A stretch of DNA of 39,620 nucleotides from Chiloscyllium plagiosum (GCF_004010195.1 NC_057720.1:16950598-16990217); one strand, 5' to 3'; counted from the first letter of the stretch, positions 10,969 to 25,038 are shown. The notes: a model not told the origin generated them from the letters alone. Program-made: numbers and translations.

Positions 10969-13448
10969 ACTGTCTCACAGGAGATTTATTACCAAGCATC
11001 TCCATCAGATACCATGTGCAGTCAATGTTTATCACATAATTGCAACTATCGGTGTAGTATTTCTGGCACCTCGGTAGTACTGCTTCTCATAGATCTCCCA
11101 GAGCTCATGCTTAAAAGGAACTACAACACTCAGCAGCTTATGTACCATCACGTCATTGGGCTTTTATGGGACAATCACAGCGAACAATCACAAAAGCTGA
11201 CCTTTTGAGCTCAGCCCCATTTGTCTGTCCAGTCAGATTTGCTGGCATCAGCCAATGTGCTGTCTCCATTGTGTAGGCTTGTTGGTTCTAGTTATGCTTT
11301 ACCCCTTTATCTCTAAGCATCTAACAAGCCAGACTTCTTGAGCTGAATAACATGGGAAAATTTCACCTCTAATACTGTCAGTGTTTGTGCAAACTGATGA
11401 CTGAGTCAAGTAACAGAAGTTTGTATTTCCAGAGCTTGGAGGAAGGAATTTTTTCTGCCAGATACACCTCCATATGGTTGTTGTCGTGAACATTCTTGCT
11501 TTTAGCTAACAGGATTGTGCCTGTGAGCGGGCTCCAGAGTTTGAGTATTTATGGCATGTTAATGAGTGCACAACAGGTTCCTGACCATGAAGATTTGGAA
11601 AACTAAACCACCTGAAAGGTTCTGAGAACATTATGGCAAAACATAATGCCATCAGAAAACTAAGTTCTTTCCTCCCACTGAAGTTCTCCCACCAACCCTT
11701 TTAAAAGCTCCAGGGCGGGCAAGGAAAATTCTGCCTATTAGCACTTGTTTACTCCACAGATGCCATAAGACAGCTTCCATGGTATTTGCTTCTGCATTGG
11801 ATTCCTGCATTTTGATTCTTTCTTTTTAGAGTTCTTTGCAACATGAAGGTTTAAAACAAGCCACAACTTTTTTATTCATGTCATCAACCAGCTTGATTGT
11901 ATTCAAATCAAGGTTTTGTTTGTAATGCTTGGTGAGATTGGTGCATATACAAGCAAATACTAATGGATTTTTATTTAAAACATCTCTTCCTGAGGATACT
12001 TCTCCTTTTCTTGTTTTTTCCACTCCCTTTTTGTTGGCCTCCTCCATGCTGCCCATCATCCTCAAGGGAAGCATAATTCTACAAACGCCTACAACATCAG
12101 CTGCTGGAACACAGAGAAAGAAAGTGGCTGTCCATTTAATACTGATCATAGGGCATTACATTGTGAATCACCTGCTACTTATATGCTCAGCACGTTTCTT
12201 AGTGCTCAAAGTATTTTTGGTTATTCGTTAATCACTTATTTGGAGGCACTGTGGTGTTCAAGTACTCTGTGGTGTTGTGATATGGTGATCTAAAATGGTG
12301 AGTTTATTCATATCAATAGTGATCTCCTATTAAACTAGCTTAATAAAGGTATCCTTTGTCTTTTAATGCTGGTGCTGTAGACCCCAGTCATGTCTTTTAC
12401 CTCAGCACTATTTAGTTAACTCTGCTATTGAACACAGGTTGAAATTAAAAAGCAGAAGTGATTAAAAAATCATGACCTGCCATCTTTCATTTGAACTGCC
12501 TGCCCTCAATTTAAAAACAATCTATGCGACTCTCATGCGAACATTGCTGATTTAAATTTGCAATTAGTAATTCAATTTAGACAGAACATAACGGGTGCTG
12601 TTGATATGGATTTATCTTGCGTCTGGAACAAAGTTGTCATTCTTAATGAGAAACCTTGAACTGAGTTAGAACAGATGTGTTGCGAAGATTGCCTTGATGA
12701 GCTGAGGGAACCTATCTGAAAGGAAAAGGGCTTCTTTTGTATTTAGATTACATGGCTATTTTACGCCACATTAAGTACTTTTCTATTAATATACTATTAT
12801 GACAGATCACTGTTTAATTCTTTTATTTTAATAGAACAAATGGAAGTAATTATATATTATGTTCCCACAGAAATATTTTTCTATATTTGACACCCTTTGA
12901 ACCTTCACCATAACAAACTATTTTTTAACTCTGTTGAAGCTCATTACGTAACTGACCTCTTCAGTATTTGAGTTTTAATTTGTCAATTCTTGTCTCCAAA
13001 CTTGTCTACTTCTCTATATCAATTTGTTTACCACTAAGTGTTTTAAACCTTGAGATATTTTGTGATGACTTGGCATCCTTGTTACTTTAATGAGTTGTGC
13101 TGCTATTATGAAGTATTTAACTAGTGATAGCTCATGTCAGTTTTCTTTAGAAAAGCAATGTATAGATAATGAGAGGTGGTGGTGTTCTTGACCTTTGTTG
13201 AAATCCAGTTTCTTAAAGTCACTTTATATTACGCAACACATACCTATTGAATTATGTTATTGAGAGTTATTGGTGTTTTAAAATAGGCAATGTATCGATC
13301 TTTCTTTACCCTCCTAAGTGTAGGGATAGCTTATTGTATATTCTCAAATTTTGACTACTTGCTTTTGACAACCATTGGATAAATACAATTACTAACAGTT
13401 ATTGCATAATACAATTTGATTTTATGATGAAATAGACTTCCTTCTTGA

Positions 13449-13619
<171 letters not shown>

Positions 13620-13656
13620 TAAAAATTGAAATGTTCTGGGAATGATTTTAGTTTAA

Positions 13657-13851
<195 letters not shown>

Positions 13852-14195
13852 TAATTAAAACGTATTGTTTGGATGAAGAGAATGCACGTATTATTTCATG
13901 CCAGCTACCCTAATAGAAAAAAATGTTGTTTTATTTTGATCCAGGAACAATCCTGAAAAAGAATTGGATATGGTTATATATTACAATGTGCAGCTATCAT
14001 AAATAAGTACTTTTACAAAACTAGAAACCTTCTTTTCATAAAATATCTGTATCCTGGTGCATGTGGTTTTATCTTAAATTAAAATATTTGTTTTATTGCT
14101 TAATTGAGCTTTTAAAAGTTCATTATAATTTTGTCATAGCAACTTTTACATTCTTATTTCATTAGTCTGAAAGAATAGATACCATAGACAACTGA

Positions 14196-14666
<471 letters not shown>

Positions 14667-14956
14667 TAAAAGATAATGCTAGCCTCCTATTTTTAACATT
14701 GTAATCTAGCATGTGAAAATTTTAGCAATACTCATAAAGTATGATAGGGTTAGGGTTATTGCAGCCCTGAAGCTTATTCGACTTGCAGTAATAGCTGTTG
14801 CACTGTTGCAAAATAAAATGAGTAAGGATTGCTGTTTGACATGCTGTAGTTCTTCCATCTTGAGATATATGATCATATTCAAACATGAGAAATGGGAGAA
14901 TAAACCATGGGGCCCTTGAGCCTGCTTCACCATGGAGTGCCATCATAGCTGATCTT

Positions 14957-15969
14957 ACAAGCCTGGCTGGTTGGCAGAGTGCATGGATAAAAGGATCTTT
15001 CTAAGGGAGGCAGCTAGTGACAAGTGGTGTTCCACAAGGCTCAATGTTGGTGCCACAAGTTTTTACTTTATACATTAACGATCTAGATGAAGGAACTGAG
15101 AGCATTCTGGCTATATTTGCAGACAACACAAAGATAGGTAGAGGGACAGGTAGTATTGACGAGGCTGGCAAGCTGCAGAAGGACTTGGACAGGTTAGGAG
15201 AGGGGTAAAGAAGTGATGTCATGTACCTTTGGTAGGAAGAATACTGGCATGGACTAGTTTCTAAATGGGGAGAAAATTCAGAAGCCTAAAGTGCAAAGAG
15301 ACTTGGGAGTTCTAGTCCAGGATTCTCTCAAGGTAAACTTGCAGGTTGAGTCAGTAGTTAGGAAGGCAAATGCAGTGATGGCATTTACTTCAAGAGGACT
15401 TGAATATAAAAGCAGGAATGCATTTCTAAGGCTTTATAAGGCTCTGGTCAGGCCACATTTAGAGTATTATGTGCAATTTTGGGCCCAATATCTCAGGAAG
15501 GATGTACTGGCCCTGCAGCGTGTTCAGAGGAGGTTCACGAGAATGGTCCCAGGAATGAACAGCTTAACATATGAGGAACATTTGAGGACTCAGTCTACAC
15601 TCGATGGCATATAGAAGGATGAGGGGAGATCTAATTGAAACTTACAGAACACTGAATGGCCTGGACAAAGCAGATGTTTGGAAGATGTTTCCATTGGTAG
15701 GAGAAACTAGGGCCTGAGGACACAGCTTTCGAGTAAAGGGAAGGCTTTTTAGAACTTCATCACCCAGAGAGTGATAAATCTGTAGAATTCACTGCCAGTT
15801 TATTGAGTATATTTAAGATGGAGATAGATAGGTTCTCGATTGTAAAGGAGATCAAGGGTTGCAGGGAAAAAGCAGGGGAATGGGGTGATAAACTCCTCAA
15901 CCATGATTGAAGGCGGAGCAGACTCTATTGGCTGAATGGCCTAATTTCTTCTCCTATGTCTTATGTTCT
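14957..15969 (+). mobile_element. CR1 LINE, 5'-truncated; inserted in an older minus-strand CR1 3'UTR (about 14880-16040)
   Basis: [49 protein letters not shown]; 3'UTR tail cctatgtcttatg. Confidence 0.93.
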
Positions 15970-16099
15970 TCTGTCTCAACTCTAATTAGCTGCTGTTTCT
16001 CAAATTCTTTGATTCCAGGAAAGTGTAAAATATAGTCACTTGGTAATATATAGGACTGAAAAGATTAGATAGCTAGTGCATATCCTGCAATTTTAATTA

Positions 16100-19000
16100 T
16101 ACAGTATAGATACATGCACTTCGGCCCACCAGCTAACAGTATGCCAGCTAACAAACACCAAACTAATCCCATTTATCACCATTTGGTTCATTCTTTACTA
16201 TGCCCTGGTATTTTCAGTACTCATCCAGATGCTTTTTAAATGGTGTGAGAGTACATGGCTCCCTTAGCAGCACATCCTGTATATCTGCCAGCCTCTGGGT
16301 GGAAACATTTTTCATCTGATCTCTCGAAAGCATTATTCCTCACATTAAAACTTATGCCCTCTGGTCTTAGATACATTTGTAATAGGGAAGAGATTCTCAC
16401 AATCTACTCTATCTATGCCCCTAATAATTTTGCAGACTTCTGTCAGATCCATAAGATGTAGGAGCTGAAATTGGGCCATTCAGCCCATCAAGTCTGCTTT
16501 GCCATTCAATCGTGGCTGATAGGTTTTTCAGCAGCATTTTTCCACTTGCTCCCCGTAACCTTTGATTCCGTTGGCAATCAAGAACTTTTCTATCTCTTTT
16601 TTTTAGATTTACTCAATGACCTGGTCTCTACAGCCTTTTTGTGGCAATGAATTCCACAGATTTATTAATGTCTGGCTGAAGAAGTTTCTCCTTATCTCCA
16701 TTCTAAAAGGCCTTCCCTTTACTCTAAGGCTTGTGCCCTCGGGTCCTCGTCTCTTCTGCCAATGGAAATGTCTTTCCAACGTCCACTCTGATCAGGTTGT
16801 CCAGCATTGTGTAAGTTGCAATCAGATCCCCCCTCATCCTTCTAAACCCCATTAACTATAGTCCCAGAGTCCTCAAACATTCCTCATATGTTCATTCCTT
16901 TCATTCCTGGGATCATTCTCATGAACTTCCTCTGGACCTCTCCAAGGCAAATACATCTTTCCTGAAGTATGGGGCCCAAATTTGCTCACAATATTCTAAA
17001 TGTGGTCTGACCAGAGTCTTGTAAAGCCTCAGGAATTTAAGCCCTGCTTTTATATTGTAGTCCTCTCAAGATGAATGACAGCATTGTATTTGCCCACCTA
17101 GGACTCCAAGTCCCTTTGCACTTCAGATTTCTGAATTTTCACCCCATTTAGAAAACAGTCTGTGCCTCTATTATTCCTACCAAAGTGCATGGCCTCACAC
17201 TTTCCCACATTGTATTTCATCTGCCACTTCTTTACCCACTTTCCTCACCTATCTAATTCTTTCTGCAGCCTCCCTGCCTCCTCAATGCTACTTGCCCCTC
17301 CTCCTATCTTTCTATCATCTGCAAACTTAGCCAGAATGCCCTCAGTTCCTTCATTCAGATCATTGATGTTTAAATGAAAAGATGTGGTGCGCCATTAGTC
17401 ACCAGCTTCCATTCTGAGAAGGACCCTGTTAACTGCACTCTCTGCCTTTTGCTAGGCAGCCAATCTCTACCTACGTAGTACCTGGCCTCTGATACCATGG
17501 GCCCTTACCTTACTCAGCAGCCTCCTATACGACATCTTGTCAAAGGCCTTCTTGAAGTCCAGGTCCATAATATTCATTGGCTCTCCTTGGTCTAACCTGC
17601 TCATTACCTTCTCAAAAAATTCTAACAGATTTGTTAGGCATGACCTCTACTTGATGAAACCATGCTACTCTGTCCTATTTTACCATACACTTCCAAGTAT
17701 TCAGAAAGCTCATCCTTCACAATGGACTCCAAAACCTTACCAACGACTGAAGTCAGTTTAATCGGCCTAAAATTTCCTGTCATTTGCTGTCTTCTTAAAC
17801 ATCCTCCTCTGCTCCAAGGAAAGCAAGCCCAGCCTATCCAGTCTCTTCTCATAAGTGAGCCTTTTCAATCTGGTGAATCTCCTTTGCGCCCTCCAGTTAA
17901 CTCACTTTCTTTCCAAATTGTGGCAACCAGAACTGCATGTTGTATTCCATCTGTATCCAAATCAGATGTTTTATAGAGTTTGTAACAAGATATCCTGGCT
18001 CCTATATTGTACACCTGCTAATGAAGGCAAGCATCCTGTATACCTTCTTTACCACCCTGTCTCCCTGAGCACTGATACCTTCCAGGATATATGGACTTGT
18101 ACACCAAGGCCCCTTTGTTCCTCAGTATCCTTGAAGGACTCACCATACATATCATTCCCTTATTGGATCTCCCAAAATTAAATTTCATCTGCAATTGCTG
18201 TGCTCAATTTATCAGCTGGTCAATATCAGACTGTAGACTGAGACAATCCTCCTCATTATCAACAACAAAACCAATTTCATATCATCTGCAAATTTAATAA
18301 TTGTTCCTTCTACATTCACATCCAGGTCAGTACGTAACAAAAAGCAGGAATCCCAGCAGCGAATCTGTGGTTCACTGTTGGTCACAGGCTTCCAATTATA
18401 AAAACAAGTGGTCACCATCAATCTTTGCCTCCTGCAGGCAAGACAATTTTAGATCCAGTTTGGCAACTTTCCTTGGATCCCAGGGGGTCTTACCTTTTGG
18501 ATAAGTCTTCTATGTGGAATCCTGTCAAAGGCTTTACTGAAATCCAAGTAATTCACATCAATTGCATGACCCTCATCAGTACATTCAGTCCCCTTTTCAA
18601 AAAAATGCAATTAAATTAGACAGCATCTCCCTCTAAAAACCATGCTGATTATCCCTCCTTTTCCAAGTTGATTAATCCTTTCCTTCAGAATGCTTCCCAA
18701 TAATTCCCCTATCATTACTATCAAGCTAACTGGTCTGTAATTACCTGGCTTATCTCTGCAGCCTTTCTTGAACAAAGGAACCACATTAGCTATCCTCCAG
18801 TCACTTGGTACTTAACCAATAGCTAATGTAGTATTAGATATGTCTTCCAGGCCCCCAGCAATCTCCTCTTGCCTCTCATAGCAGGCTGGGATAATCTAAT
18901 CAGACCCTGGGGATTTATGCTTCCATAAAACATCTAAATCCACTTCCTTATTAATCTTAATGTGTTCTAGAGCCTCATCATCCCATCTGAAATCAACAGC

Positions 19001-19720
19001 TACAATTATTTCTCCTCTTTGAATACAAATGAGAAGTATTCATTGAAGACCTCACCCATGTCCACTGGCTCACGCAAATTGTCTCTTGGTCTCTAATAGG
19101 TCCCACTTTTTTCCTCTTACTCTTAATATATTTAGCAAAATCTCAAGGCTTTTTCTCGATCCCATCTGTCAAAGATATTTTGTGGCCCCTCTTAGTCTTT
19201 CCAGTTTCTAACCTCTTACACATGCTATACTATTGAAAGACCTCATCTTAATTGTATCTATTATGTGATTCCTTTTTTCCTTTATCAAACTCTCCATCCC
19301 TTGACATCGAGGGTTCCCTGCATTTGCTGCGCTTGCCCTTTTGAGAAATATGCTGGCCCTGAATTCTGATGTGCTACTTTCAAAAAGCTCCACTGTGCAA
19401 ATATAAACATACCTACAAGTAACTGCTTCAGTTTGTTTGCCAGATCCTGTGTAATAATGTTGAATTCTTTATCCTCCCCACCCCCCATCTCAAGTAGGAT
19501 TGTCTATGTGTTGGCAGAAAAAACTCTCGTGGGTGCACTTTGTAAAAATCCATCCCGTCTAAACCTTTCACACTAATGTGGTATTGTTAGCAAAGTTGAA
19601 ATCCCCTCCAATTACAGCTCTGTTTCTCTCATAGTTATTAGAGATTTGCCTACATCTGCTCCTCTATCTCTCTGACTGTTGGAGACCAGTAGTACAATCC
19701 TGGTAAGGTAATGCCCCAGA
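16100..19720 (-). mobile_element. Old CR1 LINE (3'UTR to endonuclease region) interrupted by a younger CR1 at about 16450-17790
   Basis: Minus-strand CR1 3'UTR and RT remnants (KFADDMKL); the host resumes at about 17795. Confidence 0.8.
16450..17790 (-). mobile_element. CR1 LINE fragment (same subfamily as 9415-9945 and 14957-15969)
   Basis: GNFRPIKLTSVVGKVLESIVKD peptide; 3'UTR is the reverse complement of the + strand copies. Confidence 0.9.
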
Positions 19721-19739
19721 TGGCCAAATTTGAAGACCC

Positions 19740-20460
19740 ATCAAAGCATTCTGTGTGAACAAATTTCACCTTATCTCAGTCGTAAAATTTTTAACCCCTT
19801 TTCCTTAAGCTATGACCCCTGGTCTGGACTCGCCCATCGTCAGGATCATTCATCCTGCATTTAACCTGTCTAGCCCTGTAGAATTTTATAGGTTTCCATG
19901 AGATCCTCCCCTCATTCTTCTAAACTCCAATAAATACTATCCTAACTGACTTGATCTCTCCTCATACTGCCATTCAAGGAATCAATTTCATAAACCATCG
20001 CTGGATTCTCTCTGTAGCAAGAACGTTCCTCCTCAGACCAAAACTACACACAATATTCTAAGTGTGGCCTCACTAATGCCTTGTATAATTGCAGTAAGAT
20101 ATCCTTGTACCTGTACTCAAAACTTTGCACTGTGAAGGCCAACATAGAGTTTGCATTCTTCATTGCCTGCTGCCGCTCCACACTTACTTTCAGCAGTTGG
20201 TGCACAAGGATACCAGGTTTAATTTCCCTCTCTCTGGTTAGGGCCATTCAAATTATAATCTGCCTTCCTACCTTTTCTACCAAAGTGGTAAACCTCACAT
20301 TTATCTGCATCTGCCATACATTTCCCCACTCAACCTGACCAAACCACACCGCAACATCTCTGCATCCTCCTCACAGCTCACCCTTCCATCCAGCTTTATG
20401 TCATTTGCAAATTTTGAGATATTACATTTACTTCCTTCATCTAAGTCATGAACATTATAT
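19740..20460 (-). mobile_element. CR1 LINE fragment
   Basis: [17 protein letters not shown] and ISKFANDIKLDG peptides on the minus strand. Confidence 0.88.
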
Positions 20461-20772
20461 TGTGAGTAGTCATTGTTTCGTAGAATAAAGTTGAAATATA
20501 AGATTCTGTAGGAAATTGACAGGATAGATTCTGAGGGTATGTGACCTTTTGTCTGGAAATGTAGAATTTGAGGCATAGTTTGAGAGTAAGAAAGTGCCAT
20601 TGAATTGGAAAGAATTTTTTTTTTAATTTATTGGCCTTTGGAATTCTGTTCCAGAGAGCATTGAAGGTGACTTAGATTTTTGATCAATGCAGGAGTGATT
20701 TCTGATCTGGAAAGAAGTTGAGAGTTATAGGGAAAGGCAGGAAAATAGAGTTAAGACTGCAGCCAGATCACA

Positions 20773-21087
20773 TGGGCTGCACAGTGGTTAGCCCTGCTGC
20801 CTCACAGCGCCAGAAACCTGGGTTCAATTCCTGCCTTGGGCAACTGGCTGTATGGAGTTTGCACATTCTGCCCGTGTCTGCGTGGGTTTCCTCCGGTGCT
20901 CCGGTTTCCTCCCAAAGTCCAAAAATGTGCAGGTTAGGTGAATTGGCCATGCTAAATTGCCCATAGTGTTAGATGAAGGGGTAAATGTAGGGGAATGGGT
21001 CTGGGTGGGTTGCTCTTCGGAGGGTCGGTGTGGGCTTGTTGGGCCGAAGGGCCTATTTCCACACTAAGTAATCTAATCTTAAAAAAA
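20773..21087 (+). mobile_element. HE1 V-SINE inserted in a + strand CR1 3'UTR remnant (about 20490-21145)
   Basis: Head, V-domain and aatctaatct tail all present. Confidence 0.93.
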
Positions 21088-21402
21088 ACTGATTTTATCA
21101 AGTGGCACAGCAGACATTTGCTGAATAAACTTCTCCTCCTATTTGTTGTCATTTTCCCTCTTCCACAAGGTTATAGCCCTGAGCTTAGAATGTGTATCCA
21201 TTCAATTTATCAAAGCTTATCTTGCTGCATACTCTTTAAGACCTTGAATGCTTAGAATTCCTGAATCTTCTCTTTGAGTAAACATTTACAGCTTCTGTAA
21301 CTTTTTATTGCTGGGATGTCTATGCAAAAATTAGTGACCGCATTTAGCTGTCTTTTCAATGCTATAAAGTATGAGACTTTCTGATCTCATTGCCCTTGTT
21401 TG

Positions 21403-21865
21403 AGTTTGACATATTGTTGCTACATGTACTGAGATACAGTGAAAAGTGTTATTTTGCATGCAATACAAGCAGATCGTACCATACACAGTGCATCAGGGTA
21501 GCAGAATAGAGTGCAAAATATAGTGTTAACCACAGAAAAGGTTCAGAGAGAGAAGTCTGTTCAAATGTCTGTTAACAGTGAGGAAGAAGTTGTTCTTGAA
21601 TCTCTTCACACTTGTATTCAAACTGTTTATATTTCCTGCCTGACGAGGGTGAAAGAGAGTATAACCAAGGTGAGAGACATTTTTTTATTATGTTAGTTTC
21701 TTTCCTGAGGCACCAGGAAATATAGATCGAGTCAATGGATGGAAGGCCAGTTTATGTGATTTACTGGGCTGTGTTCACGACTCTAGTTTCCTGCAGTCTT
21801 GGGATGAGCAGTTGTCATACTGTGCTAGGATGCTTCCAACTAGGATGCTTTCTATGGTGTATGAA
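21403..21865 (-). mobile_element. Rex1/Babar-clade LINE 3' fragment
   Basis: Minus strand reads RVVNTAQ*IT*TGLPSIDSIY (Rex1-type C-terminus); 3' tail cttttcactgtatctcagtacatgtagcaacaata. Confidence 0.8.
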
Positions 21866-22400
21866 CTGCTGCAGTCCATTTCATATGTACATCCAAAATG
21901 CTATTCTTGTCCTTCTAGATGGAAGTAGTTGTGAGTTTGGAACATGCTGTCTAAGGAGCCTTTGTGAATTGCTGCCGTGTACCTTATAGATGGTAGAAGC
22001 ACTTTGTATTGATCATGAGTGCTGGAAGGACTGAATATTTATGAATGTGGTGCCAATTGATTGGCTACTTTGTTCTCAGCGGTGTCAAACTTCTTCAGTA
22101 TTATTGGAGCTACACTCATCCAGGCAAGTCGGGTGTATTCCATCACATTCCTGACTTGTACGTTGTAGATGGACTAGCTTTGGTGAGTCAGGAAGTGAGT
22201 TATTTGCTGCAGTACTCCTAGTCTCTGGCCTGCTCTTGCAGCCACAGTACACTGTTGTTTAACAGTGAGGAATTCAGTAATGGTGGTGCCAATGAGTGGC
22301 CAGTGACGATGTTTAGATTCACACTGGAGATGGTCATTGCCTGACACTTGTGTAGCACAAATGTTAATTGAATAACTTGTGCCGTTTCTGAGCAACAGGT
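21866..22400 (-). mobile_element. L2/Crack-group LINE RT C-terminal fragment
   Basis: Minus-strand peptides KCQAMTISS and TVAARAGQRLGVLQQITHFLTHQS. Clade assignment is tentative. Confidence 0.65.
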
Positions 22401-22405
22401 AATAT

Positions 22406-22738
22406 GGGTAGCACGATGGCTCAATGGTTAGCACTGCTGTCTCAAAGTGCCAGGGACCTGGGTTTGATTCCCGCCTCGGGCGACTGTCTATGAGGAGTTT
22501 TCACATTCTCCCCGTGTCTGTGTGGGCTTCCTCTGGGTGCTCTGGTTTCCTCCCACAATCCAAAAGATGTGCAGGTCAGGTGAATTGGCCGTGCTAAATT
22601 GCCCATAGTGTTAGGTGCCCATGTCTGTGGTAAATATAGGGTAGGGGAATGGGTCTGGGTGGGTTACTCTTCGGAAGGTTGGTGGTGGACTTGTTGGGCC
22701 GAAGGGCTTGTTTCCATACTGTAGAGAATCTCATCTAA
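22406..22738 (+). mobile_element. HE1 V-SINE
   Basis: Full head, V-domain and tail; ends about 170 nt upstream of the 22906 exon. Confidence 0.93.
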
Positions 22739-22905
22739 CAGGGTGCTGTGAGCAGGCTTAATGTAATACACAATTCATATTTTTAACTGAGGATTTTATC
22801 TTACTTCAAAATAATAACACTTACAATACAAAGATATGATTTTGTTTATGTGTTATTTTACATATGTAAATTCGGCCATACTAATAACACTTTTTTTTAT
22901 TTTAG

Positions 22906-22992
22906 GGAGATTCATCAGTTCTGCGCTCTGTATTTGGGGAAAGAAATTTGAACGTCCGTAGCACTGAAGTTTATGAAGGTACAAGCAGTAAG
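22906..22992 (+). CDS. CDC7: CDC7 coding exon (kinase insert 2): GDSSVLRSVFGERNLNVRSTEVYEGTSSK
   Basis: Strong polypyrimidine acceptor tttttttattttAG at 22904-22905, donor AAG|GTAAGA at 22993; 87 nt. Conserved RSVFGERN motif of CDC7. Not in the ORF track. Confidence 0.95.
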
Positions 22993-23296
22993 GTAAGAAG
23001 TTATTAACCTGTTGACACACAGCTTCTTTTTATAATTGTATAATTTTTGTGCAAACCTAAATCTGTCCATTCTGATTATCAATAACTGATGAATTTGATG
23101 GTTGTACTCCATACATTTACACACATACATACAAAAAGACGCCTACACGAAAGCATTTCTATTAAGCCTGGCCCAGACAATTGTAATATATTAAAGCACT
23201 TTGGCCTGGAGTTTCCTCCAGTTCCTCAAATTAGAAGGTGTACCCAGATTGCATTCTTCTCTCCCCTCCCCCACTCCAAAGGGATTATCTGTTCTG

Positions 23297-23730
23297 ACTT
23301 CAGCTCTGATGTTAAGTCATGTCGACTTAATATTAGCTTGCTCTCTCTCCATGGATGCTGTCTGAACCACTAATTGCCAGTTTTGATTGTTTTCTATGCA
23401 GATTCCAGCATCTTCATTAACTTGTTCCAACTATCTGTTCTGTCCTGTTTGGCAGTTAGACACACCATTGTTCTCCAATTCTCATATTCTCATCACTTAA
23501 GCTGCACTATGACCGTAACACACACTCTCCTTCTCCCCCTCTCTCTCTGTCTCTCACACACGCACACACACAACCCCGGGCCAAACACCCAATTGCATAA
23601 ATGCTGCCCCTTCCCCACACTTCAAGTCAGCTCTGATGAAGTGTCATTGAGATTCGAAATGTTACCTTGCTCTTGTCCGTGGATGCTGGCTGACCTGCTG
23701 TGATTTCCAGCGTTTTTTTTGTTTTTAACT
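23297..23730 (+). mobile_element. Penelope-like family D tandem terminal repeat (two decayed hammerhead motifs 327 nt apart)
   Basis: cagctctgatg...gcttgctctctctccatggatgctg at 23301 and cagctctgatgaagtgtcattgagattcgaaatgttaccttgctcttgtccgtggatgctg at 23628. Confidence 0.6.
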
Positions 23731-24122
23731 CTCAAATTTCACTCCAGTTGCCCCACAAACCATTATAAGTGCAAACACAAGTCTTTCCGCAAGTCAAATG
23801 TACTAAGCCAGTGTAATGATTCCCAAGAATTTAGTCTGTAAAATGTTATATAATCCTGGAAGGTAATAGCTTACACCACATTACAATATTCAACTATTGC
23901 AGCTTACTGAAAGTTCAGTATTGCATCTCCATAATTTGTTAACTGTAATTTTTGTTCTCAAATGAGCTCTTAAACCACATTTTACTACGCACTTATTAGA
24001 CAGTACTTGGGATTGAGGACAATTGTCTTCCATTCTTGTTCTCAGGGTTCTGAGATGGCTGATAAGTCTTCATGACCTGCAGATCCCTCCACATGCTGGT
24101 GTTTGATAATTGGATAGATTAG

Positions 24123-24784
24123 GTACTAAACAAAAAACTCAAAGAACTGCGGACACTAGAAATCTAAAACAAAAACAGAAATTGCGAGAAAAACTTAACA
24201 GGTCTGGTAGGCGACATGGTGGCTCAGTGACCAGCACTGCTGCCTCACAGCACCAGGGACCCAGGTTCGATTCCAACCTCTGGTGACTATCTGTGAGGAA
24301 TTTGCACGTTCTCCCTGTGTCTGCGTGGGTTTCCTCTGGGTGATCCAGTTTCCTCCCACTGTCCAAAGATGTGCAGGTCAGGTGAATTGGCTAGATTGCC
24401 CAAAGTGTTAGGTGCCTTAGCCAGGGGTAAATATAGGGCAGGGGAATGAGTCTGGGTGGGTTACTCTTCGGAGGGTCGGTGTGGACTTGTTGGGCCTAAA
24501 GGCCTGTTTCCATACTTTAGGTTGGCTAGATTGCCCAAAGTGTTAGGTGCCTTAGCCAGGGTAAATATAGAGCAGGGGAATGAGTCTGGGTGGGTTACTC
24601 TTCGGAGGGTCGGTGTGGACTTGTTGGGCCTAAAGGCCTGTTTCCATACTTTAGGGAATCTAATCTGAAAAAATAGCATCTGTGGAGAGAAATCAGTTAA
24701 ATTTTTAGGTCCAGTGACCCTTCTTCATAACAAGATGCTTCACAGATGCTGGATTTTTCCAGTAATTTATTTTTTGCTTTTGTG
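24123..24784. mobile_element. Penelope-like family E inverted insertion with 11-bp TSD, interrupted by HE1
   Basis: TSD GGATAGATTAG at 24112-24122 and 24785-24795. Minus arm 24123-24209 plus 24674-24731 has a decayed hammerhead (rc gttatgaagaagggtcactggacc). Short plus arm at about 24740-24780. Confidence 0.75.
24210..24673 (+). mobile_element. HE1 V-SINE with tandemly duplicated 3' segment
   Basis: Head and V-domain present; 24387-24521 is repeated at 24522-24655. Confidence 0.93.
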
Positions 24785-25038
24785 GGATAGATTAGATGTT
24801 TGGAGGTTTTTGCATTTTCTCTGATACCTCACAATTGCCTCTACATACTCCTGGCAGATTCTTTCAGTTTGTTCAGTGCTTTCATGAATGCATCTCCATT
24901 TTGGTTAGTTACAAGCCAGAGACCCCTATTAGGTGGTGGGGATGTTTGATCTCTTCAATGATAGTTTGAAGGCATGCCAAATGCATCTCCCTCAATCAGT
25001 GCCTCATTGCCAACCAGTGCCAGGTCAATCCTAAGGTC

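Noticed and set aside
11826..12231. Overlapping 107-aa (-) and 100-aa (+) ORFs in unique intronic sequence
   Set aside because: No recognisable homology. CDC7 exon phases are already continuous without them.
12349..12357. GTATCCTTT, a perfect U12-type 5' splice-site consensus
   Set aside because: No upstream exon or matching U12 branch point identified; a single 9-mer is plausible by chance in 40 kb.
12559..12571. 13-mer TGCAATTAGTAAT identical to 26777-26789
   Set aside because: Several shared 13-mers are expected by chance in a window this size, and the match does not extend.
13061..13150. C-box-like GTGATGA (also at about 3582 and 13424) suggesting intronic C/D snoRNAs
   Set aside because: No CTGA D box with terminal stem at a suitable distance.
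14745..14758. TAGGGTTAGGGTTA telomere-like motif
   Set aside because: Only about two units; too short to call an interstitial telomere.
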